Shown one piece after another: positions 18,203 through 26,834 of a stretch of 32,000 nt of DNA. Origin of the DNA: Pseudomonas sp. FeN3W (GTDB taxonomy: Bacteria > Pseudomonadota > Gammaproteobacteria > Pseudomonadales > Pseudomonadaceae); NCBI GenBank assembly GCA_030263805.2, contig CP136011.1:349934-381933 (forward strand), read 5' to 3'. Numbering within the stretch: position 1 is the stretch's first letter; each line of letters starts with the position of its first letter. Made by a program: the position numbers and the translations under genes. The notes beneath the pieces are model-generated. The model was not told the DNA's origin and made no database searches. It saw nothing but the letters and a program-made list of their open reading frames with translations.

Positions 18203-19624
18203 ATGAACAGCATAAGCCGCATGAATTATGGCGTTACTCGATGCGCATTGATCAACACACGCCACCATAGCCTGGCTGTCTCACCTTTCTGGCCTGGCGC
18301 TCTCTCGACGCTGTACACGCAGGAGGTAGAGCTGGGCGAGTTGTCTAGCGCAATGCAATTGCTCTTAATGGGTCGTATTGGAGAGCATGATTTGGATACG
18401 CATGATGCATGCAGATCCAGAAACCTGTTTTTACCCGAAGAAACCAGTTTTGCAGTAATGGAGCTGTCGCTTCGCGATGGGGTCTATCTGCTCGGCGCCC
18501 ACGGAGCAGAATGCGATGAAATGCAAGGATATAGCCATTTTGTATGCAAAAAAAGATTGGACTTAAGCGATTTCATTGAAAATGGCCGCAATCTCTCATA
18601 CAGATGTGTTTTTGAGAAATGGCGTGCTAGCGGGTGTGCTTTAAAATTCCTCAACCATAAAGAGGTGGTGCAAATCCTCTATGGCGAATTCCCCCGTGTT
18701 GGATGCGGTCTTCTCGATTTGACTCTCGCTCCTCTCGTCGGTGCTGGTAATACAACCTATAATGAATTTTTAGGGATTTATAAACATCTTCTGTCTAGGT
18801 CTAGCATTACCGGAAATTCTTTTAAACAAATGGTTTTGCATGCGCTTTGCTTGAATAAAAAACACTGCGAATTAAAGGCGCCAATGAAAGATGACTTTGA
18901 AACATTAGAAAATTCGATAACATACGCGGCTCAAGCATCGGCCTTAATTAATGAGCTCAAAAAGATCAATAGATTCATTGACGACATTAACAAGGTGTTT
19001 AATAAAGTATATTGCACAAGAGGCAGGATTTATTTTCGCGCTCAAGATGTTGGCCAGGTTTCCGAGCTAATTCGCAATCTGGTTACCGAATACAATAAAA
19101 CTCAAATTGAGCGTAATGATCTGTTTCTTGGTATGTATGACTCTAATCTTGAAAACAATAATGCTTTAGCGATTGCACTAAAAAAGCTAAGGCAATTCAT
19201 GCTAAGCAACGAAATAAATTATATTACAATTTCATCAATTTTTGATTTATCGTTTAAACTAGATAATTCCAAAAAGCACGAGTTTGAACTCGTTGAATAT
19301 TTGGACGACGAAAATGCATCCCTCATTTCAATGTTTCTCATGCAATACTTTAAAGACAATAAGTCTGGTGGAGACACATCTCTTCCATGTTGTATATTTT
19401 TATCCAAAAGCCCAAGTCAAATTTTGGTTAAAAATATTGCTGAAATTTCAAGTAAATTTGGTTTCTCTCCAATATTTTTTGATAAATATGGTGATGCATT
19501 CTATTTACATCAAATCGATAAACATTACAAAACAAAATGCTTGCTTGATGATGAAGGCATTAACAATAGCTCAACAAGGGCAAGACTAGTTACTGAATAT
19601 CAATTAGGATTTCAATTCCAGTGA
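18203..19624 (+). CDS. hypothetical protein (~473 aa)
   Basis: ORF is open from 18125 (TTG). ATG 18203 is preferred because of the SD-like AGGGA and the upstream motif. The 3' half (from ~18750) is visibly AT-rich and Asn/Lys/Ile-rich. Confidence 0.65.
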   Translation: MNSISRMNYGVTRCALINTRHHSLAVSPFWPGALSTLYTQEVELGELSSAMQLLLMGRIGEHDLDTHDACRSRNLFLPEETSFAVMELSLRDGVYLLGAHGAECDEMQGYSHFVCKKRLDLSDFIENGRNLSYRCVFEKWRASGCALKFLNHKEVVQILYGEFPRVGCGLLDLTLAPLVGAGNTTYNEFLGIYKHLLSRSSITGNSFKQMVLHALCLNKKHCELKAPMKDDFETLENSITYAAQASALINELKKINRFIDDINKVFNKVYCTRGRIYFRAQDVGQVSELIRNLVTEYNKTQIERNDLFLGMYDSNLENNNALAIALKKLRQFMLSNEINYITISSIFDLSFKLDNSKKHEFELVEYLDDENASLISMFLMQYFKDNKSGGDTSLPCCIFLSKSPSQILVKNIAEISSKFGFSPIFFDKYGDAFYLHQIDKHYKTKCLLDDEGINNSSTRARLVTEYQLGFQFQ

Positions 19625-19663
19625 TTGCGGCTCTGGCCTGGCTGGGCGGTGGTTCGCTAAGCG

Positions 19664-19672
19664 TGGTATAGT
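19664..19672 (+). promoter_or_regulatory. extended -10 promoter (TGgTATAGT)
   Basis: TGGTATAGT lies 42 nt upstream of ATG 19714. AGGAGG RBS at 19701-19706. Confidence 0.55.
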
Positions 19673-19713
19673 CTAATAAATCAGAGTCTATCTACAGCCC
19701 AGGAGGTATCCAG

Positions 19714-20922
19714 ATGAGCATGCCCGACATCCGCAAGGTTTTTTCTGACCTAGGTGAAATCAGCGGGCAGGCATTGTTAATGCCAATGCCCAAGCGAATG
19801 GCACTCGATGAAGTCAAGGCACTTAAGCGCGTAACGCTGGGAGAATCGTTCGATAGGCTGCTGAAAGACATAGCAGCCACTGGAGTAAGCGCCTCTACTG
19901 CTTACGGCATGCTTCAGGAATCTGATGCGGCTAGAAAAGTAATTGCTGATAAGCAATTTACAAAAGTTACTATTGTCTCTCTTTACATGATAACTAAACA
20001 TATGATGCGCAAGGCACCTTTGTTTAGTGTGAATCCTGCTCTTAATCTATTGCTGGAAGATACTGCAATTAAGGTGGTAGTGCCAGCAATGTTTTTTGCC
20101 CCTCCATTTCCTGAGTGCTTTGTAGAATTTGACCCTGCTGAAAGACGTATTCAATCAGAGCGCATCACATACTCCGGTGGAGAAAAATGTATATGCGAGG
20201 GCGCGTATATACAAGAAACTAAATTTGAACGTCTACCACCGGTTAGTCGGGATGTTAGAGAAGTGCTAGAGCTCGATCCAAACAAGCCGGCAAGAGTGAT
20301 AGAGATTGGATTTAGCGCGTCGCCAGTAAACTCAACAAAGGCAGAAGCTACTGGAGCGCCCGTTGCGTTCGACAATGTTGACCTTATCAGTATTTACATA
20401 CAGGATGAGCATGAAGCTATCAGCGATATTTTGGACAGGCATTTTGAGCTGTATTCACAAAGGATGTCGGAATCCCATTGTTCAGATGAAAATAATAGCT
20501 TTGTAAAGCTTTTTAAGAGTAATTTTGCTCATTTAACTAAAATACTGTTCTATCTTCATGTCGAGAAAGCACAGCGGCGCACTGAATTTGAAGAATCAAA
20601 ACTTTCTGAGCGTATCAGCCAGGTTCAGGACAAGAAAAAAGAAAAGCTTAAGAAACAATTAACTAGAGTTTATGACCGAATTGTAGTCGGGCCTGATCAT
20701 TACACGCCAATCAAGGATCTAGTGTCCACAAGCAATCTTCCAAAGGGTACGAAAAGCCCTCATTACCGGAGAGGTTACTTTGGTATACGATGGAAAGGTA
20801 TTGGTGAAAATAAAGTACCAGAACTAGTGAAGGTATCCCATACCATAATCAACGAGTCATTAATGAAGCAGTCGCTAAAGGATGGCAAGGATAAGTCTCC
20901 TAAAGACTACGAGATTCGTTGA
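19714..20922 (+). CDS. hypothetical protein (402 aa)
   Basis: Strong AGGAGG RBS at 7-nt spacing and a long ORF. It has a Lys/Glu-rich coiled-coil-like segment (QDKKKEKLKKQL) and a basic C-terminal HYRRGYFGIRWKG. No family recognised. Confidence 0.8.
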   Translation: MSMPDIRKVFSDLGEISGQALLMPMPKRMALDEVKALKRVTLGESFDRLLKDIAATGVSASTAYGMLQESDAARKVIADKQFTKVTIVSLYMITKHMMRKAPLFSVNPALNLLLEDTAIKVVVPAMFFAPPFPECFVEFDPAERRIQSERITYSGGEKCICEGAYIQETKFERLPPVSRDVREVLELDPNKPARVIEIGFSASPVNSTKAEATGAPVAFDNVDLISIYIQDEHEAISDILDRHFELYSQRMSESHCSDENNSFVKLFKSNFAHLTKILFYLHVEKAQRRTEFEESKLSERISQVQDKKKEKLKKQLTRVYDRIVVGPDHYTPIKDLVSTSNLPKGTKSPHYRRGYFGIRWKGIGENKVPELVKVSHTIINESLMKQSLKDGKDKSPKDYEIR

Positions 20923-20924
20923 CC

Positions 20925-21866
20925 CTAAAGGGAGAGGCCGTGAACAAGCGCGGCCTTCTTGTGTGCCGGTGATTCCATGTCGTCAATAACTGATTCTATT
21001 CCAAGCTTGAAAGCCATCACTCTAAGGTCATCGTCTAGAAGCTCAGATTTACGAGTTTTCTCGTCCATGTTATGTAAGTAACTTACAAGTACCGTCCCCA
21101 CTGACTTATATTTATTAATTATTGTATCGGTGTCATAAACATCGCCCGATAATTTTTGGCAGAGTTCTTGTAGTAGCCCACGCCAGCTATAATCTTGAGT
21201 ACCCAACTCCTTGGCCATAGCTCTTCTAATCAAGGATATGCTGCTTTCTTGCCGAGCTGACGTCAAAGCCTGCATATAAGCCCTGCTTCTGCACAGAATG
21301 TCAACATGGGCTATTTCAGGAAGAAACTCATCCAAATTAGCCAATGCCAAAGACTCTCTATCGAAACGAGAAAGGCTCATTTGGACTGACGCCGACTCGC
21401 CCAAGCTTTCCATCCAGTGTGCAATGTCATTAGCAAGAGAATGCCTGTTCATTTGCATTGAATAGGTTAAGACGCCCTGACGATAATGAGTTGAGATAGT
21501 GTCCAAACACCCGTCACTTTTAAGCCACAATGACAGCCTTATCCTTGCAAAGCGCTCAGACATGTACATAAGTGTAGACATGAACACGCCTTTACCCATG
21601 CCTATTGAGCTTTCCAGACTTGATGAAAGTGCTGAAAACAGCTCCTCATTCATCAATGGACAAAGTTTCTCACCTTGTTCCAGCAAGAGTCTATTTACCT
21701 GGCTAGCAAGTTTGCGATTTGTCGCAAGTAGATTTATTAGGTCAATGCCCTCTGATTCCAGATTGCTTGACTTGCCAAATGCTTGGATAAGTGTTTCTGC
21801 GCTAATAACTCTGTCGATCATATTGCTTGCGGGTGCGCAGCAGCCGCTCCTGACTAGTAATTTCAA
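20925..21866 (-). CDS. hypothetical protein (298-313 aa)
   Basis: Long ORF. Start is ambiguous: TTG 21866 or ATG 21821, and neither has a good SD. It converges on the 19714-20922 gene with a 2-nt gap. Confidence 0.7.
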   Translation of the reverse strand: MKLLVRSGCCAPASNMIDRVISAETLIQAFGKSSNLESEGIDLINLLATNRKLASQVNRLLLEQGEKLCPLMNEELFSALSSSLESSIGMGKGVFMSTLMYMSERFARIRLSLWLKSDGCLDTISTHYRQGVLTYSMQMNRHSLANDIAHWMESLGESASVQMSLSRFDRESLALANLDEFLPEIAHVDILCRSRAYMQALTSARQESSISLIRRAMAKELGTQDYSWRGLLQELCQKLSGDVYDTDTIINKYKSVGTVLVSYLHNMDEKTRKSELLDDDLRVMAFKLGIESVIDDMESPAHKKAALVHGLSL

Positions 21867-21882
21867 AAAACCGGGTTCTACT

Positions 21883-22362
21883 CTAGTCTGGGCATATCAG
21901 TTCTTCGGGGTCAAGTAAATCGGCTTTTGTTTTGCGAATGAGCTCAAGCGTAAAGTTTTCCGGGCCCGTCATAAATATTCTGAGACAGGACTCTTCATGC
22001 CTTAGATGCTTAAGCATGGGTTTGGTTTTCAAGTCACTTAAAGAAGTGGGTTTTTTCTCCAAGAAACCCATTAAGTTTTCATCAATACGCCAATACGGGC
22101 TCTCGTTTATGATGAATGTTTTAGGCTCTCGCTCCTCCTCTACAAGACCAATGAAATCTACGCCTTTTTGGCTGTAAATCTTTTTGATGACCTCGTAATG
22201 TGAAACGCTGATCCTATCAGGCCGCAACTGAGCATCTTTGAATGCCACTGCAAGCTCTGAGGTTGTGACAAGCTCATTGCCCTGATAAAGCATAAGCTCC
22301 GTGGCGGAGCTGAGCGCACTAAACGTAACAAGCACAAATGCGGCGATACAATTCATATTCAT
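21883..22362 (-). CDS. secreted/periplasmic hypothetical protein
   Basis: N-terminal signal peptide MNMNCIAAFVLVTFSALSSA|TE. AAGAGGAA RBS. It has its own promoter. Confidence 0.7.
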   Translation of the reverse strand: MNMNCIAAFVLVTFSALSSATELMLYQGNELVTTSELAVAFKDAQLRPDRISVSHYEVIKKIYSQKGVDFIGLVEEEREPKTFIINESPYWRIDENLMGFLEKKPTSLSDLKTKPMLKHLRHEESCLRIFMTGPENFTLELIRKTKADLLDPEELICPD

Positions 22363-22380
22363 GGCATTTCCTCTTGATGC

Positions 22381-22409
22381 ATAATGACACCAATGCCATA
22401 AATTGACAA
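22381..22409 (-). promoter_or_regulatory. sigma70-like promoter (TTGTCA-17 nt-CATTAT)
   Basis: Minus strand: TTGTCA (22409-22404), 17-nt spacer, CATTAT (22386-22381). It overlaps the palindromic AATTGACAATTGCAATT at 22401-22417. Confidence 0.55.
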
Positions 22410-22416
22410 TTGCAAT

Positions 22417-23553
22417 TCAAAGATCCAGCTGGCTAAGTAAGATTGGTTTTTTGTCCTGCTGCCGAGCAAAACTCATCCACCCCTGGCCTGGCATTAGCTC
22501 CTGGAGGGATGCTATGAGGTTTTTTGAGCGATTTCCCTTTATGATTTCTGCTTTATCAGTGCCCGAGAAAAGATCCGACAAACCATTGTTGATTTCGACG
22601 GGAATTTTCTTGGCCCAGTGCGCGCCGATTGCCTTAGCTAATCGTTCTATTGGATCCAGGAGCTTCTGATACTCATCTACCGAAATAACGTAACCATCTC
22701 GCTTAGCTGCCAAAAATAGATCAACTTGTCCCTTGAAGGCCGTAAATGCTCTCCCGTCAGCCACCGCTCTTTTTAATGGGTAATATCGCGAGAGATCAAA
22801 AACTTCCGTAGCGACCCTAAGCGTTTCTTGCCACATTACACTACTGCTTTTGCTGGAAAGCTTATTAATATAGGCATCCTTTTGTAACCAAAAATTGTTG
22901 GCTTGATCCGCCAAACCATAGACATCTTTATCCCCCCTTGCCTTTAGGTCTTCCATTAGCATTGAATGCAACTCGTGTTTTCCTTCGAAGAAGGGCCTCA
23001 TCCAGTCTTTCACATTTGCCATGATCAATTGGCTGTTGGGAAGATCCTTTTCCTTGAATCTTTTATAAAGAAATTCAAATACATCGAGGTTTCCTGCTGA
23101 AAGTTCTCGGTTCAAATGCATAGTTCCAAGAAATGGATGTATTGCCCCGCCAAGCTTGTATATATGAAACTCATCAATCAAGAAAAACATCTCGATATGT
23201 TGATCAGTCGTTAGCGGCGGGCTGATTCTATGCATGGCCTCTTTCATCGAAACAAGTGCTGTCCCGATTGCTTCAAAATCGTAATCAACCTGTTCGTCTG
23301 TCTGATTAGCTATAAGCGTTGTTGGCTGATTCGCCACTAACTCTTTAACAAGGTCTACGACTGACTCATAATCTCCTGATTTCATCAGTAATTTTGGTAT
23401 GTCGTACAATGGAATATACGAGGTGGAGGCGTCAAAACCCCTCAGGGCAGGGAACGCGGCCATGGCTAGTTGTGTGACTTCAGAAAGACTTGGGCCCTTG
23501 GCGGGCCCAGCCCAGTACGCGTCTATGAGTGCTTTTTTTTCATTGCCAGTCAT
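22417..23553 (-). CDS. hypothetical protein (378 aa), last gene of the GHKL operon
   Basis: Its ATG overlaps the upstream TGA (ATGA at 23550-23553). No recognisable motif. Confidence 0.75.
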   Translation of the reverse strand: MTGNEKKALIDAYWAGPAKGPSLSEVTQLAMAAFPALRGFDASTSYIPLYDIPKLLMKSGDYESVVDLVKELVANQPTTLIANQTDEQVDYDFEAIGTALVSMKEAMHRISPPLTTDQHIEMFFLIDEFHIYKLGGAIHPFLGTMHLNRELSAGNLDVFEFLYKRFKEKDLPNSQLIMANVKDWMRPFFEGKHELHSMLMEDLKARGDKDVYGLADQANNFWLQKDAYINKLSSKSSSVMWQETLRVATEVFDLSRYYPLKRAVADGRAFTAFKGQVDLFLAAKRDGYVISVDEYQKLLDPIERLAKAIGAHWAKKIPVEINNGLSDLFSGTDKAEIIKGNRSKNLIASLQELMPGQGWMSFARQQDKKPILLSQLDL

Positions 23554-25223
23554 GGGTTCAGACCTGTTTCATCGTTAGAGAGCTGGTTTTTTGTCTTACG
23601 CCTTGAGGACTTGTTAACGCTATGTGCTTCGCGCCAACCCGAAACAGCGTTTTCGAATGCGCTGATGATCTCGCGCTCACCAATGTCCCTACGCATGATC
23701 CTCCTCAGGCGCGATTCGCGGATAGTGAAGGCTTCGCCGTGGTAGTCGATATCCAAGTGTGTCAGCTCGTGATGTGCAATATCTATCAAATCACCAACCG
23801 AAAGCTTTTCATCTTCAGCAACCTTGGGGTTGAACAGAATAGCAACTCGTTTAGCCTTCTCGTCACGCTGGCAAATTCCTTCTGGAGATCCAAACACAAA
23901 TCCCGTGTGAATCAACAGGTCTTCATGGAAAAAGGCGTTGCCACGCTTAACCACTCGCAGTGATTCCCTATAATTTTTGGATTCAAGTAGCGTGTTGATG
24001 ATCGCTTCCCAGCCTGCGGCAAGCTTTCCATAACGTTTGAGGTTCATCTTCTGTGCGATTTCACCCGCATATTGATGAGCGCCTTCTGGAGAGCTTGATT
24101 CATCGAGATATTTTACTTTAAAGTTTTCTGGATACCATTCACTCGGTATTTTATTTATTTTGGAATCCAGATGATTTTTGACACGGTTGATTTTTTCAAC
24201 GAGATGTCCAAATGGGTGCTTGGCGCGACCATCAATAACCTCATCAGCAGCATCTTCAAGGTAGGTGAGCATTTGCTCCGGATCCATGCCTTTGCTATAT
24301 GCGGCCTCTCTAATTTCATTCTCAAGCTCTACGCCATAAGCCGATATATTTCGCTCGTTTAGCAAAATATCGATGTCACCACTAAGCTTAAGCTTCTCCC
24401 TGTCATTAGACAGTTGCTGCATAATTTGATTTAAAACATCGCGATGATTGCGATTAAGCGAATCACGGTTCGAAGTCATCAGATCCTTGGAATCACCCTC
24501 AAGCTCAAGGTAGCCCTCAAATGCCGTCCCTGAGCTCATGTAAAGCCGCTCGTTGAACATCGCAAGGCCACGCATCCTCACCCACAGCAATGATGTTGAG
24601 TACCCGTGCGGCTGGTCTTTGAAGGACAGGGGGCCAAGAGGGGTTTGCTTGGTGTACGGATGATCATCAACACCGCAAGCCAGAGATTCGCCATTTAGGG
24701 TGATTTTCACTGCCGAGGGAAGGCGAGAATGATGAATCAGTCTTCTTAGCGAATCCTCCATCATCCAGATTTCAGCCTCCTCCTTGGGCATGTCAGCTGT
24801 AAGGCGAACACCAGGCATGGTCTCATTGCCTGTCGTCCAGGAGTAGCTACCACCTGCGCCCGTAAGGTGTATGCCCTTTGTTTCAACTTCATAGCGAGTG
24901 TGCGCGAAGGCCAGAATGACCTTGGCATAGCCAAACCCCCCGATGCTTCCCTCCTCTTTCTCGGATTGACCGAGAGCTAGAAAGACGTTGAAGAGCTTGT
25001 GCTCATCCATGCCACGACCATCCCCATGGCAAACGACACGCGTTAGCCCTGGATCTTCAGCGTTCGGGCAGATGGTGAAGTCGATATGAGTGGCTCCCGC
25101 ATCCAGTTCATTCTGGATGGCCTCCCTGAACCAGGCGATGCGCCAATCTGCATATTCGTTTTTGGCTTTTGCGTAATAGCTGGCAGGAAGCTTGACCTGC
25201 CCGTGATGAATCATATCAGTCAT
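23550..25223 (-). CDS. GHKL (HSP90/MORC/MutL-type) ATPase fused to a C-terminal SprT/YgjP(DUF45)-like zincin motif
   Basis: N-box E34-AIQ-N38-EL-D41-A, G1 box D68-GRGM, and G2 box GGFGYAK (95-101) preceded by LGQSEKEEGS. C-terminal H485-ELTH-LDIDY-H495-GEAF follows the HExxH-x5-HGxxF pattern of SprT/YgjP/WLM-type metallopeptidases. Confidence 0.7.
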   Translation of the reverse strand: MTDMIHHGQVKLPASYYAKAKNEYADWRIAWFREAIQNELDAGATHIDFTICPNAEDPGLTRVVCHGDGRGMDEHKLFNVFLALGQSEKEEGSIGGFGYAKVILAFAHTRYEVETKGIHLTGAGGSYSWTTGNETMPGVRLTADMPKEEAEIWMMEDSLRRLIHHSRLPSAVKITLNGESLACGVDDHPYTKQTPLGPLSFKDQPHGYSTSLLWVRMRGLAMFNERLYMSSGTAFEGYLELEGDSKDLMTSNRDSLNRNHRDVLNQIMQQLSNDREKLKLSGDIDILLNERNISAYGVELENEIREAAYSKGMDPEQMLTYLEDAADEVIDGRAKHPFGHLVEKINRVKNHLDSKINKIPSEWYPENFKVKYLDESSSPEGAHQYAGEIAQKMNLKRYGKLAAGWEAIINTLLESKNYRESLRVVKRGNAFFHEDLLIHTGFVFGSPEGICQRDEKAKRVAILFNPKVAEDEKLSVGDLIDIAHHELTHLDIDYHGEAFTIRESRLRRIMRRDIGEREIISAFENAVSGWREAHSVNKSSRRKTKNQLSNDETGLNP

Positions 25224-25422
25224 GATTTTTGCCTGCGGTTCTTATGAGTATACGAATTGCTTCCTGTTTTGACAGGCCCTTGCTGGCTTTTTTGGACATT
25301 GCTTTGGTCACGTTGCACAGAATCGCCCAGTCACTTTCGGTCAACGGCAAGCCAACAGCTCGCATGCATGCCTCAGCCTGCAACCTCGGCCTCCCAGCTT
25401 TTCTTTTTCCGGAAAGGGTCAT
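25216..25422 (-). CDS. small basic protein, possible ribbon-helix-helix/AT-hook DNA binder
   Basis: 68 aa with KRKAGRPRL near the N-terminus and two helix-like segments. It overlaps the upstream gene by 4 nt (ATGA) and the downstream gene by 8 nt. Confidence 0.55.
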   Translation of the reverse strand: MTLSGKRKAGRPRLQAEACMRAVGLPLTESDWAILCNVTKAMSKKASKGLSKQEAIRILIRTAGKNHD

Positions 25423-25877
25423 GGCGCACCATCCTCAAGCCCCTGTGCGGGCTTCAGGTGTGGACAGGTTTCATAGAGTATATCTAACAAGATCTTTTGG
25501 TTAAGGCTTGAAACAAGATACTCTTTATTTTCCGAATATCCTTCGAGTGATACGGTAAAAGCGGTCACAGGATTTGAAAATTTTACTGCCTTTTCAGCAG
25601 CCTCCAAAGCCATGTGCTCTTTGACCTCCAGCAATTTATGCTCAATGCTGTTAACCTTTATTTTCTTCATCACGCCGTATTCATGGCGAACTATTTCGCT
25701 TCTTCTTTTGTCCGCAATCATGGCCAGCATTGATTTTTCACTATCTCGACCAATGCTGTACCAGGAAAAATCATCGCCACGCAGATAATATTGCTTGAAG
25801 ACAAGGCGCACAGGCTTTTCCTTTGGGCTAAACCCTCTGGAAATTTTCTTGCCCTCGTTGTAAATCTTGATCGCCAT
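25419..25877 (-). CDS. hypothetical protein (152 aa), first gene of the GHKL operon
   Basis: ORF with ATG 25877. Its stop overlaps the next start. No motif recognised. Confidence 0.7.
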   Translation of the reverse strand: MAIKIYNEGKKISRGFSPKEKPVRLVFKQYYLRGDDFSWYSIGRDSEKSMLAMIADKRRSEIVRHEYGVMKKIKVNSIEHKLLEVKEHMALEAAEKAVKFSNPVTAFTVSLEGYSENKEYLVSSLNQKILLDILYETCPHLKPAQGLEDGAP

Positions 25878-25950
25878 GTGATTACCCTATATCGTAGATA
25901 TAAGTTTGACCCATGAGCGACACCTTATTCAAGATACGAGAGTCAAGAAA

Positions 25951-26496
25951 ATGTTAAACGCGCGTGAGAAAAGGCTTTTGATTACAGCACTCAAGATCCT
26001 GGTTGCACTTGATTCGAGAAATCCAAAGCCCATTATGAGGCTTCTAAACAAGCACAGGGGAAACGCATTAAAGTTTATGCCTGAAAAAGAGTTTGAGGAG
26101 GCTTTAATAGCAATTAATGAGATAACAACTAGCGCGCCACTTTGCCACACCAAGGACAAAAGACGCAAAGACATCCTTGATTTACTAGAACAGGATGATG
26201 ATCGCTCAATGGTTATTTCACATCACTCGCGTGATGCACTGAACCTATTCATGCGGGTAGGAATTTTGCAGTTTGATATTATTTCAGAAGAACTATTCTT
26301 GCCCTTTACTTCTGGTCGATATGACTCGCTTGTTGAAATCTTAAGGGGATCGAGGAATTTTGCCAGGCCAGGAATACATTCACAGAAAATAGATCCTGTT
26401 TTCAAAAGAGCATATGAGCTTGGCGATAAACTCAAACGCCTTTCAGAAAACCCTCTGGAAAAATTTATCCAGGGATCTGATGGTAAGCAATTATAG
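25951..26496 (+). CDS. hypothetical protein (181 aa)
   Basis: ATG 25951 has GAGAG upstream. The ORF-track TTG at 25906 is less likely. Divergent from the GHKL operon. Confidence 0.65.
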   Translation: MLNAREKRLLITALKILVALDSRNPKPIMRLLNKHRGNALKFMPEKEFEEALIAINEITTSAPLCHTKDKRRKDILDLLEQDDDRSMVISHHSRDALNLFMRVGILQFDIISEELFLPFTSGRYDSLVEILRGSRNFARPGIHSQKIDPVFKRAYELGDKLKRLSENPLEKFIQGSDGKQL

Positions 26497-26728
26497 CTAT
26501 TGCACTTAAGGAAACTATTTGTAGGCCTATTTTTATTCGATTCATTACTTTGTGTATTCGTACGTACACCCCAATTGCTTCTATCGCTAGATCCCGATCA
26601 GCACCAGTAAGCTTATTGGAAATAAAAATATTCTTTTCTGGCATCATGATTGACGCCATGCCGAATTTTTCTAAAGCATCACAGAATTGGAGGGCTTTGA
26701 CGTAATAGTTGAGAGCTTTCATGGACAT
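26465..26728 (-). CDS. small hypothetical protein with a C-terminal hydrophobic helix
   Basis: 87 aa ending in LQIVSLSAIAIIAY. It is driven by a good TTGACA-16-TATACT promoter. Its 3' end overlaps the convergent 25951-26496 gene by 32 nt. Confidence 0.5.
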   Translation of the reverse strand: MSMKALNYYVKALQFCDALEKFGMASIMMPEKNIFISNKLTGADRDLAIEAIGVYVRIHKVMNRIKIGLQIVSLSAIAIIAYHQIPG

Positions 26729-26737
26729 CCTGCTGCC

Positions 26738-26765
26738 TTGACAATTTCCTGTCTCCTAGTATACA
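26738..26765 (+). promoter_or_regulatory. candidate promoter TTGACA-16 nt-TATACA facing the HNH gene
   Basis: TTGACA at 26738-26743 and TATACA at 26760-26765. The -10 overlaps that of the opposing promoter. Confidence 0.4.
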
Positions 26766-26785
26766 GAACCACTGATGAATGTCAA
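26758..26785 (-). promoter_or_regulatory. sigma70 promoter TTGACA-16 nt-TATACT for the 26465-26728 gene
   Basis: Minus strand: TTGACA (26785-26780), 16-nt spacer, TATACT (26763-26758). Confidence 0.6.
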
Positions 26786-26834
26786 GTATCAATAAATGTG
26801 TTATACAATACTCTCAACCATTCACAGGCTTACC

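Noticed and set aside
19270-19300. YLDD tetrapeptide in the 18203-19624 protein as a reverse-transcriptase motif (retron/DGR idea).
   Set aside because: No other RT motifs are present, no adjacent structured ncRNA-like repeats were seen, and the region is simply AT-rich.
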